NCBI GenBank assembly: GCA_964016885.1
Contig: OZ024741.1
Coordinates: 114,886,001 to 114,950,000 of the forward strand
Length of the DNA stretch: 64,000 nucleotides
From: Eledone cirrhosa
Lineage: Eukaryota
Direction: 5' to 3'
Shown here: positions 53,673-64,000 of the stretch, piece after piece
Position numbering within the stretch: the first letter of the stretch is position 1
How the letters are laid out: each line of letters begins with the position of its first letter
Program-made: the position numbers and the translations under genes
Notes under the pieces: model-generated
The model's database searches: none
Told to the model about the DNA's origin: nothing
The model's input: the letters and a program-made list of their open reading frames with translations, nothing else

Positions 53673-54737
53673 ATATAGTGTGTTAGAAACTCAGAGTAAT
53701 CTCTTACAATTAAATACCTCCAAGAAAAAAAGCATTTCCGAGCCGTATAATATAATTGAATAAACAAGAGAGATGCACCCTAATATAGACATACATGTTT
53801 GGAGACTGTTCCGCAACATCTTATTAAGTGAAGTCCACTATTTTCTCTGCTCCTCAGTAGTTGTTGAGAAATTAGTGATCTTTCCACTTCTAAAAATATT
53901 AGAGACTGAATTGCGTGCAATAAGAATTATCGCACGTGTCTTCGAAACCCAGCTTGTCTCGAAATTCTGTGCCGCTAAAAATAGCAGCCTGGTTAACAGG
54001 ACATTAAAATTAGCTCTACATGATGGAGCCGACAAATATATAGTGAGTTAGAAACTCAGAGTAGTCTCTTACAATTAAATAGCTCTAAAAAGAAAGCTTT
54101 TCTGAGCCGTATAATATAATTGAATAAACAAGAGAGATGAACACTAATATAGACATATATGTTTTCGAATCGTAAGGATCAGAGGAGCAGAGAAAAGAGT
54201 GGACTTCACTTAATAAGATGTTGCGAAACAGTCTCCAAAACTGTCTAGTTGTTACCAGGCGATTGCCCAATATAGGTCTGTTATTTTTCTTAATTTAATA
54301 TTTAAAATTAAGTCTGACAAACCATATTGCTGTAGTTAGTATTTTTTCACCCTAGCAAACTTGGTCCTTACGATTTAAACACATGTATGTCTATATCAGT
54401 GTTCATCTCTCTTGTTTATTCAATTATATTATATATATATGTATGTATATTCCGTTTGATTATTATTCTGATGTCGCTATTAACTCTTTTATCTTTACTC
54501 CGCTGAATTTCTTAGTTTTAACACTCTTCTGCCGGTTTTCTGAAGTTAGTGTTGTATATAGATGCCCCTTTCTCGAGCAATATCCATATCCACCACGTAC
54601 ACAAGATAGCTACTCTGGTGCTGTGTAACATGTCCATTGAATTCTACATAAATTCTGGCATTTGTTCCGAATTTCTGATTTAAATCACGGGGCCAATTTT
54701 CCTTTTATTATTTCAGTGTCAATATACGTACATAGCG

Positions 54738-54918
54738 GTGGATTGGTAGTATCGGTAGAGAGTCGGACGCCATGCTTTGCAGCATAGAGTTACGGCCCTT
54801 TATGATCTGAGTTCAAATCCCGCCGAGGTTAACTTTACCTTCATCCTTACGGGGTCGATAAAATAAAGTACCAGTAATGTACTGGTTATTTGCTGGCCTT
54901 GAGCCAAAAGTAGAAACA
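54738..54918 (+). mobile_element. Full-length Meta-domain SINE with TSD
   Basis: attatttcagtgtcaata at 54707 and 54919; family consensus between. Confidence 0.9.
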
Positions 54919-55234
54919 ATTATTTCAGTGTCAATAAAGTATTGATTCAACTCAGTGGGTTGCAAAATGTTTAGAGCGTTCGTTGAGATGTCTTGCAGCA
55001 CCAGTTTCGTTTGTTTGTGTTCCGTGTTCTTCTTCCCCACGAAAGAGGCTGCTTATAAAACTCCAATAATCTCAGAAAGCTAATATATTTTGTGTTCATA
55101 AAAGCCATGTAAAGGATGCTGCAAGATATTCATTTAATATACAGACATACATGACGATGGCTGCCCCGTTCGTTATCGAGTATGGCCATTGCACGAGGAG
55201 AAAAAAAAATTTATTAAATAAAAAAATAAAAAAA

Positions 55235-55299
<65 letters not shown>

Positions 55300-55499
55300 C
55301 ATATACATATACATATATACACACACATATATATACACACACACATATACATTAATAACAATAATAATAATAATAATAATAACAACAATAATAATAACGA
55401 CAACAACAATAATAATATACATATACACATATATATATATATACACATACACGCACACACATAAACATATCTACACACACACACACACACACACGCGAT

Positions 55500-58400
55500 A
55501 GCAACTAACAGCGCTGCGATCGAATGTGGCTTTTTAGCCCAGCCAATGATCTAAAATGTCTTGCACAGAGTCGGCAACCAAAACATTCACTGGGAATAGT
55601 CGGCTGTGGTTGGAGTTCGTTTACTTTTACATGTCGCTTGAGCCCTCCTGCTGATTTACATACTCTACCACATGTTTGGCAAGCATGATGAGTAGCATCT
55701 CCAACAGCAGCCTGGTAGTCAACCACTGGTCTTACTTTATGACTGCGAAGATGACTTTCGAGTCCATCTTTGCTTAGGCAGAGTCTCGCACAGACGCTGC
55801 ATGTCAGCACCATAGGAGAACCCTCGCCGTCTGGAAGTGCAACAGCAGTGCTCTTTCTCATATCCCGCTTTACTTTCTCGTATGCGATTCGAGATGCCTC
55901 AAAGGCAACTTTTCCCTCATATACAGTCTTTCTCCATTTATTACGATCAGCAGCAATATTTCCCCATGTATCAGCAGAGATGTTGGCGTCTTTCAGAGGG
56001 GCTTTCAAGGAATCCTTATACCTCTTTTTTGGTTTATGTGGCGGTCGTTTTCCTTTAACCAACTCTCCATAAAAGAGTTGTTTTGGTATTCTAGAATCCT
56101 TCATCCTGGCAAGGTGACCACTCCAACGGAGTCGTTGTTTAAGCACAAGAGCTTCTATATTGTCACACATAGAGCTTTCCAAAATATCGACATCACTGAT
56201 GTGGTCCCTCCAGTGAACGCCATGGATCCGTCTGAGACACATCTGATGGAAACGCTCCAATGGCTTAAGGTGGTGTCGATATGTGACCCAGGTCTCGCAG
56301 GCATAAAGAAGACAAGAGAGCACACATGCCCTGTACACCTTTACCTTTCTCCTTCTGCATATGTCTCGCCGACCCCAGATTCGCCTTTCGAGCTTTCCGA
56401 AAGCATCACTTGATTTCCTAATCCTAAGTGAGATTTCACTGTCGAAGTTGCTGTATCGATTGACAGTGATTCCCAGGTACACAAACTGATCAACCACTCC
56501 AAGTCGTTTGCCATACACATAGATGTTTGGTTCAGTGTACTGCTTACCAGAGGCGGGTTGGTACATGACGACGGTTTTCTTGAGACTCACAGTTAATCCT
56601 AGAGCAGTGCAAGCGTCAGAAAATGCATTCAAAATGTGCTGCATATCACTCTCTGTGTGCGCTACAAGATCGCAATCATCTGCATACAAGAGGTCTCTTA
56701 TGATTGATGTAAACACTTTTGTCTTCGCAGCAAAGCGCCTGATGTTAAATATGCTGCCTGAGTTTCGATATCGGATGTAAACACCATGCTCGCAATTCCT
56801 GAATGCAATACAGAAAACCAGTGGAAAGTATATGGCAAACAGGGTCGGTGCTGGAATATCCCCCTGTTTCACTCCATTTTTTACTGAGATAGGCTCCGAC
56901 ATGTTACCTCCGACATTAACCCAAGCCTTCATGTCGTCATGGAAAGACCTAACTAAAGCAAGGAACTTATCAGGGCAACCAAGTTTCTGGAGAACCTTCC
57001 ATAATGCAACTCTGTTAACAGTATCGAAAGCTTTTGTCAGATCGACAAAAACCTGATACAGATCCAAGCCTTGTTCCATGTACTTCTCCTGGAGCTGTCT
57101 AGCCGAGAAGATCATATCAGTAGTGCCGCGTCCAGCACGAAAACCAGATTGACTTTCAGGAAGAACACAATCTGCAATGTGTGTCAGCAGACGGTCCAGA
57201 AGCACCCTACATAAAACTTTCCCTACGACAGAAAGCAATGATATACCTCTGTAGTTCCCACAATCATTCCTGTTACCCTTTACCTTGTACAAGACCACCA
57301 TTACTGCATCTCTCCAGTCCTCAGGTACGGATTCATTAGCCCATATCCTGCCAAACAAAGAGTGAAGATGTTGCAGGAGTCTCTCACCACTATATTGTAG
57401 GAGCTCAGCATGTATGCCATCCATACCTGGAGATCTTCCACTGTTCAGCTTCGAAATAGCAACTGAAACCTCCACAAGCGTCGGAGGTTCTGCGAGAGCT
57501 ACTTTTACAGGACTTTCTGGAATGAGATTGAGGAAATCTTCACTGACGACAGACGGCTGGTTCAAAAGATCATCAAAGTACTCTCGCCACCTTCTTAGAA
57601 TTCCTTGTGAGTCACGAAGAAGTTCTTTGTCATCATCCTTACGGGAAAGCGGTGTCACCAGAGAAGAAGACGGTCCATAAACTTCACGCAAGAGACTGTA
57701 CAATAGCTTTGTGTTATTGGAATCAGACGCAGTTTGTATCTCACCAGCCTCTCACTCCACCACTGATCCTTCATCTGAGAAAGACTCCGCACAACACGTG
57801 ATTTTACATCCCTGAGTTTCTCATGCAACGTATTCCTCTCCTGTGGTTTTGCCGTCAAGTAGCGTGATAGAGCACGCCTCTTATCAGCCAACAAGTCTTC
57901 TATATGTACATCATTCTCATTAAACCAGTCCTGATGTTTTCTCTGCACCAATCCCAGAACACGCCTGCTTACATCATAAACCGACTTTTTAAGGGTCGGC
58001 CAATCCTCACCAAGATCTGCAGCCTGCATCTCTTCTTCCAATGTCCTCTTCACATTTTTATCCTTAAGACGAGCAGCATTCAATCTTTTGGGCAGGGCAA
58101 CACCAGGAGCCCGGATTTTACGTTTAGTGATTAGTTTCAATTTTGCGCGTCCCAGGCGGTGGTCCGTCCAGCACTCAGCTCCACGAAGAACACGAACACA
58201 CTGCACATCCTGTCTGACACGCATCCTGACTAGGACGTAGTCCAAAAGATGCCATTCCTTAGATGCAGGATGCATCCATGTGGTCTTGAATTTGTTCTTT
58301 TGTTGGAACATGGTGTTGGTAACACACAGATCCAGCTTCTCACACATCTGCAGCAGGAGCATACCATTGTTGTTACACTTTCCCACCCATGCCTTCCGAT

Positions 58401-59415
58401 TACATTCCATGTGTTAAAATCCCTACCCACTCTAGGATTAAAGTCACCAAGCACGATGACTTTGTCTGCCTGAGGGATATTTCTTAAAACACCTTTCAAG
58501 GAATGGACACTTTTTCTTCATGTACAGAATTCATAGTTGGAGCATACACACTCACCAGGGTCGCATATCTTCCTTTGTCCAGCGGAACTCTCATGGACAT
58601 AAGACGCTCACTAATCCCTACTGGGAATTCTTCTAATTTATTCACAAGTACAGTCTCAACAGCAAATCCTACCCCAGCCTCTCTTCTCGTTCCATCATCT
58701 CTTCCTTTCCAGAAGAATGTATATTCTCCACAAAATTCTGTAAGATGACCATCCCAGCTAACCTCGTCTCAGATAAAGCCACGATGTCAAGATCGTAACG
58801 TCGAAGCTCCTTTGCAACAAGAGCGGTCCTTCGTTCAGGACGCTCCAAGGAATCCCTGTCAAGCAGTGTCCGTACGTTCCTGCAGCCAAGACTAAATGCC
58901 TTGTTTGGCTCTATTACAATGGCACGATGACGAGCGGGCCCAGGCTGTGATAACCTGGGCCCCCTGCCCTTATTGCCAATTATCTTTTTTGTTCCAGAAC
59001 CTAAATTGCCAATTATCTCTTTTATATTGTTCTGGAATATCATTGAATTGGGAAAAAAAAAAAAAAGTAATAATAATAGTAACAATAATAATAATAATAA
59101 TAATAATAATAGTACACTATTAATAATAATTAATGCACTCGTGCAATGCCTGTGCGTGACGAATATTTTTAAAGTGAGGAAAGACTGGGCACTGAGCCAA
59201 TCTCACTCTCTGAGCGACAGTAGCTATAACCCGAAAAGAAGAAAAGATCAACATCATCGGTAACTAATGAGCCGCAGGTTTTATGTCGGAGTTAACCCAG
59301 TTTCCTGAGATGCCTTCTCCTAGAAGAATGCCCTGACAAGGGCTAGGGATTCTTCACTCCCAGTGGTTTAACTGCGCCATCGGACATCCAGCCCGATTAT
59401 TTCTATGTCCCCGAA
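55500..59415 (-). mobile_element. Near full-length RTE-clade LINE (APE endonuclease, RT, three C-terminal C2H2-like zinc fingers), frameshifted
   Basis: NVRTL, ALSETR, LGDFN, LDYVL, TDH (APE); NYRGISLL, DLTKAFD, GVKQG, YADD (RT); CxxC...LxSH repeats; putative 5'UTR at 59130-59415. Confidence 0.93.
55505..57703 (-). CDS. RTE reverse transcriptase plus zinc fingers (732-aa open fragment)
   Basis: ORF track; all RT motifs present. Confidence 0.9.
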   Translation of the reverse strand: MYSLLREVYGPSSSLVTPLSRKDDDKELLRDSQGILRRWREYFDDLLNQPSVVSEDFLNLIPESPVKVALAEPPTLVEVSVAISKLNSGRSPGMDGIHAELLQYSGERLLQHLHSLFGRIWANESVPEDWRDAVMVVLYKVKGNRNDCGNYRGISLLSVVGKVLCRVLLDRLLTHIADCVLPESQSGFRAGRGTTDMIFSARQLQEKYMEQGLDLYQVFVDLTKAFDTVNRVALWKVLQKLGCPDKFLALVRSFHDDMKAWVNVGGNMSEPISVKNGVKQGDIPAPTLFAIYFPLVFCIAFRNCEHGVYIRYRNSGSIFNIRRFAAKTKVFTSIIRDLLYADDCDLVAHTESDMQHILNAFSDACTALGLTVSLKKTVVMYQPASGKQYTEPNIYVYGKRLGVVDQFVYLGITVNRYSNFDSEISLRIRKSSDAFGKLERRIWGRRDICRRRKVKVYRACVLSCLLYACETWVTYRHHLKPLERFHQMCLRRIHGVHWRDHISDVDILESSMCDNIEALVLKQRLRWSGHLARMKDSRIPKQLFYGELVKGKRPPHKPKKRYKDSLKAPLKDANISADTWGNIAADRNKWRKTVYEGKVAFEASRIAYEKVKRDMRKSTAVALPDGEGSPMVLTCSVCARLCLSKDGLESHLRSHKVRPVVDYQAAVGDATHHACQTCGRVCKSAGGLKRHVKVNELQPQPTIPSECFGCRLCARHFRSLAGLKSHIRSQRC

Positions 59416-59418
59416 AGA

Positions 59419-59653
<235 letters not shown>

Positions 59654-59669
59654 TATATATATATATATA

Positions 59670-59886
59670 TAAATTTCATATTTCTAAAGAGATACGGTTT
59701 TAGGAAGCCGTAGCTATGCAAACACCGGAGGGCTAACGTCGTCTGGTGGTGTCTAGCAGAAGCAAGGGGTACAACCGTCTATACACTTCAGGCTTGACTG
59801 GCGTTCGTCAGGATGGTCCCTCCCACCCCGGTGTTTGCATAGCTACGGCTTTCTAAAACCGTATTTCTTTAGAAATACGAAATTTG
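59670..59886. repeat. ~58-bp inverted repeat with ~100-bp spacer
   Basis: aaatttcatatttctaaagagatacgg...gcaaacaccgg vs ccggtgtttgc...agaaatacgaaattt. Confidence 0.8.
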
Positions 59887-60364
59887 TATACCTATTGTAT
59901 CCTAAACGGACGGTAGTCCGTTTAGTAATATTGTTGTGGTCGTGTTTTCGTTGGCAATTGTCTGTTTACGACAGTACAGCGCGGCTCTACTTTATTTAAC
60001 TGAGATAAAACTTATATGAGCATGAACAGTAGATCATTACGCATCTTTTGGCTTAAAAATCTAGAAATTTGGTCCAGCGGGAAAAAGTTTATAATCAAAG
60101 TTTGCTGATAAATCTTGTGTTCAAGTGAGTGAGTAGTAAGCATGACGCTAGGGGAGGTAATCCAGAAATGACGTAGCTTTGTCATTAAGCCAGTTGCCTC
60201 GACTAGATTACAATTATACTCAAAAGAACTTTAAAATGTCAATCACTTGTCAGTAATTCACTATGATCATTTAATTATTAGATAGTTGTTGCTTGCATTG
60301 CCTTAAAAAATAGTAGACCAGATAGAAAAATGCGTACAGCAAAAAAAAGTAATATTGTTGGAAT

Positions 60365-60500
60365 ATAAACCTTTAAAAATACAGGACAAGAAACTAAAAT
60401 AAAACTTTAAAAGAATAGGACAAGAAACTAAGATAAAACTTTAAAAGAATAGGACAAGAAACTAAGATAAAACTTTAAAGAATTGGACAAGAAATAAAAA
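60365..60500. repeat. 34-bp minisatellite, about 4 copies
   Basis: taaaactttaaaagaataggacaagaaactaaga; ggacaag at 60384, 60418, 60452, 60485. Confidence 0.88.
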
Positions 60501-60504
60501 ATTT

Positions 60505-63500
60505 TACTTCTTGCTTTAGTTGACTTACGTCTCCGAACATTCATGTATTTATATGTAGGTATGTGTGTGCGCTTGTTATATACGTATTTGTTTACTTATA
60601 TACGTTTATATAATTATTTATTTATTTGTACACAAGCATACACACACACACATATTTATACCGTTTTTTGAAATATCCAGTTCTGCGTTTAGAGATTGAC
60701 TTTCTTAGTTTCAGGAGATCCCGTTAAGGGTGAAAGCAGCGATTCTTTGCTTAAACTTTAATCTGTTATTTTAATAAATATTTGCTCTACGGTTCTTATA
60801 TATTTGATATATATTTATCCTTATCGAGCCCTCTTTGGATTTTAGTCTTCAATTTTATTATTATTCAATTTATTATTATTTTATTATTATTACTATTTGG
60901 CTCCCTCGGTTGAGCACTCTACTGACTTATATTCATCATGCAGAAACAACATCTGAATATTTCTACAAAGAACATACCCGTACCAAGCAGGAAAACATAC
61001 CTAAAACTCCTGATACAGAAAACAGACGCGTTCATTAAAAGGTTGCGTTGGCGTGCCTTTTATTTCGATAATCCGCGAAAAGCAGACAACAAACAGGATA
61101 AATTTGGATTTAAAACCTATAATAACCCCCCGTGGAACCCAGCATTTCTAGCTTCGAAAATGATGTCTTGGAACTCATTCGGAGTATCAAATTTCGGAGT
61201 AGGAGCAATTCCTTCCAGCAAGACCTGAAGAATAGAATTCGTTCTATTAAGGATTCTAACGCCGTGCACGTCCATTCCGACAAAACTGGCAACCTATATC
61301 AAGTGGAGCGCAGTACTTACCATCAACTACTACATAATTCTGTAACTAAGGATTACCGCAAAACTAATCGGTGCGTCATCAATGAAATCAACGATGCTGG
61401 GTTTAAAATCACACCTGATCTCAACATCCTGGATCGGACCGAACCTCTGGACCCTATTTCTCCCCACTTTACCCTGAAGGATCACAAATACAATTTTCCG
61501 AACAACCCCTCTATTCGGCTTAGTAACCCTACGAATTCCGATTTAGGTAGACTTAGTAAAACGATTCTTGATAGAATTATACTTGAAATTAGAAGTTTGG
61601 CCCCTCTCGCACTGTGGAACAATTCTTTCGCGGTGATTGATTGCTTCAACGGCATATGTAACAAGGAACATTGTCGTTTTATCCAATTCGACATCAACAA
61701 TTACTACTCCTCCACCACTTTACCACTTCTCCTTAGAGCTATCAATTTCGCTAAAACACTCACAGTGGTTAAGGATTTCGAAGTTGATGTCATCCTTAAT
61801 GCCCGAAAGTCGGTGATTAATTTCGACGACTCTACTTGGATTAAAAAATCCAATAGTACACCATTCCACGTGAGTATGGGCGCCAGTGACTCTGCGGTTA
61901 CTGATCTTATTGGCCTTTTCCTTCTTTTCTCTATCAAGGACGAATTCCCCAACGCGGGTGGTGGTTTGTACCGTGACGATGGTCTTTTGACCATGACTAA
62001 GTGCGGACCTCGTGCTTGCGACAGGTTCAGAAAAGAACTCACAGCCTTCTTTAAAGGCTTCAGCCTCTCTATACAGGTTGAGGCCAATCTCTCAGTCGTT
62101 AATTACCTCGACGTTACCCACAATTTATTGAATGGGTTGTATTACCCGTATAGAAAGCCGAATGATACGCTTAATTACATAAGTAAGCATTCCAACCATC
62201 CTGCCAGCATAACCAAGAACCTGGTAAGAAACGTTTCGTTGAGGCTTTCCCGTCTTCCCACCAACGAGCGCATTTTCAACGACCATTCCACTTATTACAA
62301 TGAAGCTCTTGCTCGAAGTGGATTTGTCGATAAGGTAGCATATACAGAGTACGAAAATAGACCTAGAAGAAATAGATCCCGTCGCATTTGTTGGTTTAAC
62401 CCACCATATAATATGGAGGTGGCCACACCATTAGCTAAGATCTTTCTTTCCCTTATTACGAAGCATTTCCCCCTACACATAAATATAGTAAAATATTTAA
62501 TAGAAATACTATTAAAATTTCTTACTCTACGACTCCTAACCTTGCACATAACATCACAGCTTCAAATTTAGCTAAACTACCTAGCCGTAGGAACACGTGC
62601 AACCCTGTAGTTAGTACTAACTGTAATTGTAGGAATCGGGCTGATTACTCCCTATCCGGGAAATGCCTCTCTAGTAACATTGTCTACAAATGTAAGGTTG
62701 TAACACCCACGTCCCGTAGGGCCTACATAGGGTTAACCGCCAATAGTTCCAAGCAGCGTCTTTACATGCATACCCATTCTTTTCGATACCCTCTAAGAAG
62801 GAATATGACGTCACTTTCAGCTTATATCTGGAGTCTAAAAGACAACCACACCCAATATAAGTTACACTGGGAGATCCTAGATAGGGCTAGATCGTATAAC
62901 GGAAATAAAAGACCATGTGACCTCTGCGCCGCTGAGGCCCTGGAAATACTCTACGCCACAGACCACATCTTAAACAAAAAATCTGAGGCAATTTCGGCTT
63001 GTAAACATAAATTGCACAAAACTTTCCTGTATTACAGCCCCACCCTATACCCTAACGGATAGTACGATCTATACGTGGATATTTTACTTCTTGATGTGGG
63101 AGCTAAGTATATGTTTTGTTTATTCCTTTACTTATTTGCATAGGTAAGTATTATTACCCATATGTTTTGTGAAGGTATGTATTCCTTCTCGTACGTATAT
63201 TTAATTCTTATGGCGTATAATTTTTATATATTCTAGTATTTAGGGTTTGGCTATGTGTATACGGGAGTTTTGCGTCTGCGTGAGTATGCAGGTTCGTACG
63301 TATGGTGGGTGTGTGTATATGTGTACTTCTTGTTTTAGTTGACTTACGTCTCCGAACATTCGTGTATTTATATGTAGGTATGTGTGTGCGCTTGTTATAT
63401 ACGTATTTATTTACTTATATATGTTTATTTATTTATTTGTACACAAGCATACACACACACACATATCTATATGTGCGTGGTTTTGTATACTTATGGTAAG

Positions 63501-64000
63501 GTTTTGCGTATGCTTGTGTATGTACGTATTTGTTTGCGTGTATGTATTTATTTACTTCTGTATTGTATTTATTTACTTTGTTCTTAACTCTGTAGCGGAG
63601 ATTCATTTGGTCTCCTAGTTAGAATTTTAGTCTACGACTTCTGCTATACCATTTACGCGGTTTTGTCTTTGCGTGCTATTGCTCTCCACGCTCCACATAT
63701 GACTTATTATCTTCGTTTTTCCGTTCATCGCCAGAGAACGTCTCTATGCACCACCTAAGACAACATTAGTCTACGACCTCTTTTATACCATAAACGTGGT
63801 TCTGTCTTTGCGCGTAATTGTTTTTCACCGCTCCTATTAATGACGTATTCGTTTTTTCCCGTTCTTTGCCAGCGAACGTTTCCACGAACCAAAGTATCGT
63901 CTTCCTGTCTTCCTCCGGTTGCAACGTTTTTTGAAATATCCAGTTCTGCGTTTAGAGATTGACTTTGTTAGTTTCAGAATATCCCGTTAAGGGTGAAAGC
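60505..64000 (+). mobile_element. Near full-length Penelope-like element with direct pLTR repeats (runs off the window)
   Basis: 60505-60660 matches 63325-63470 and 60662-60738 matches 63925-64000; ORFs with RLRWRA, DKTGN, TLKDHK, QFDINNYY, MGASDS, LYRDDGL, VNYLDV, WFNPP, YIGLT, CDLC, CKH. Confidence 0.92.
60938..63062 (+). pseudogene. PLE RT plus GIY-YIG ORF with frameshifts
   Basis: ORFs 60938-61228, 61132-62571, 62766-63062. Confidence 0.88.

Noticed and set aside
53676-54245. Short ORFs in a duplicated and inverted segment
   Set aside because: No recognisable domain; likely a rearranged repeat remnant
60705-60750. HHR in the pLTR of the last PLE (caggaga-t-ccc-gttaa-ggg-t-gaaa)
   Set aside because: Core is degenerate in both copies and the 3' copy is cut by the window end; not called as a feature

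Overview
Eukaryotic, AT-rich, gene-free stretch of repeat DNA. The (TA)n/(CA)n load, the tRNA-derived Meta-domain and CORE-type SINEs and the RTE/Penelope content suggest a cephalopod such as Octopus (inference, not verified). I see no host protein-coding gene; the many YIYIYI and CVCV ORFs are microsatellite artefacts. The window holds several degenerate Penelope-like retroelements (PLE; RT plus C-terminal GIY-YIG), two RTE-type LINEs, SINEs, a non-autonomous Helitron and a small Tc1/mariner-type MITE. The main unannotated signal is RNA-level. At least 9 distinct sequence families of minimal type I hammerhead ribozymes (HHR) can be folded by eye, about 30 copies in all. They sit in PLE pseudo-LTRs and in non-coding tandem arrays: a 310-bp unit with 13 HHRs, a ~481-bp unit with 4 HHRs, and ~593-bp and ~316-bp units. 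These arrays look like retrozymes (predicted small circular RNAs mobilised by PLE RT). The HHRs include U3:A8 core variants, U10.1-U11.1 closures, palindromic stem III and stem II inserts of ~50-90 nt. Almost all of these insertions share one architecture: two arms joined 5'-to-5', with the 3' ends pointing outward into (TA)n.
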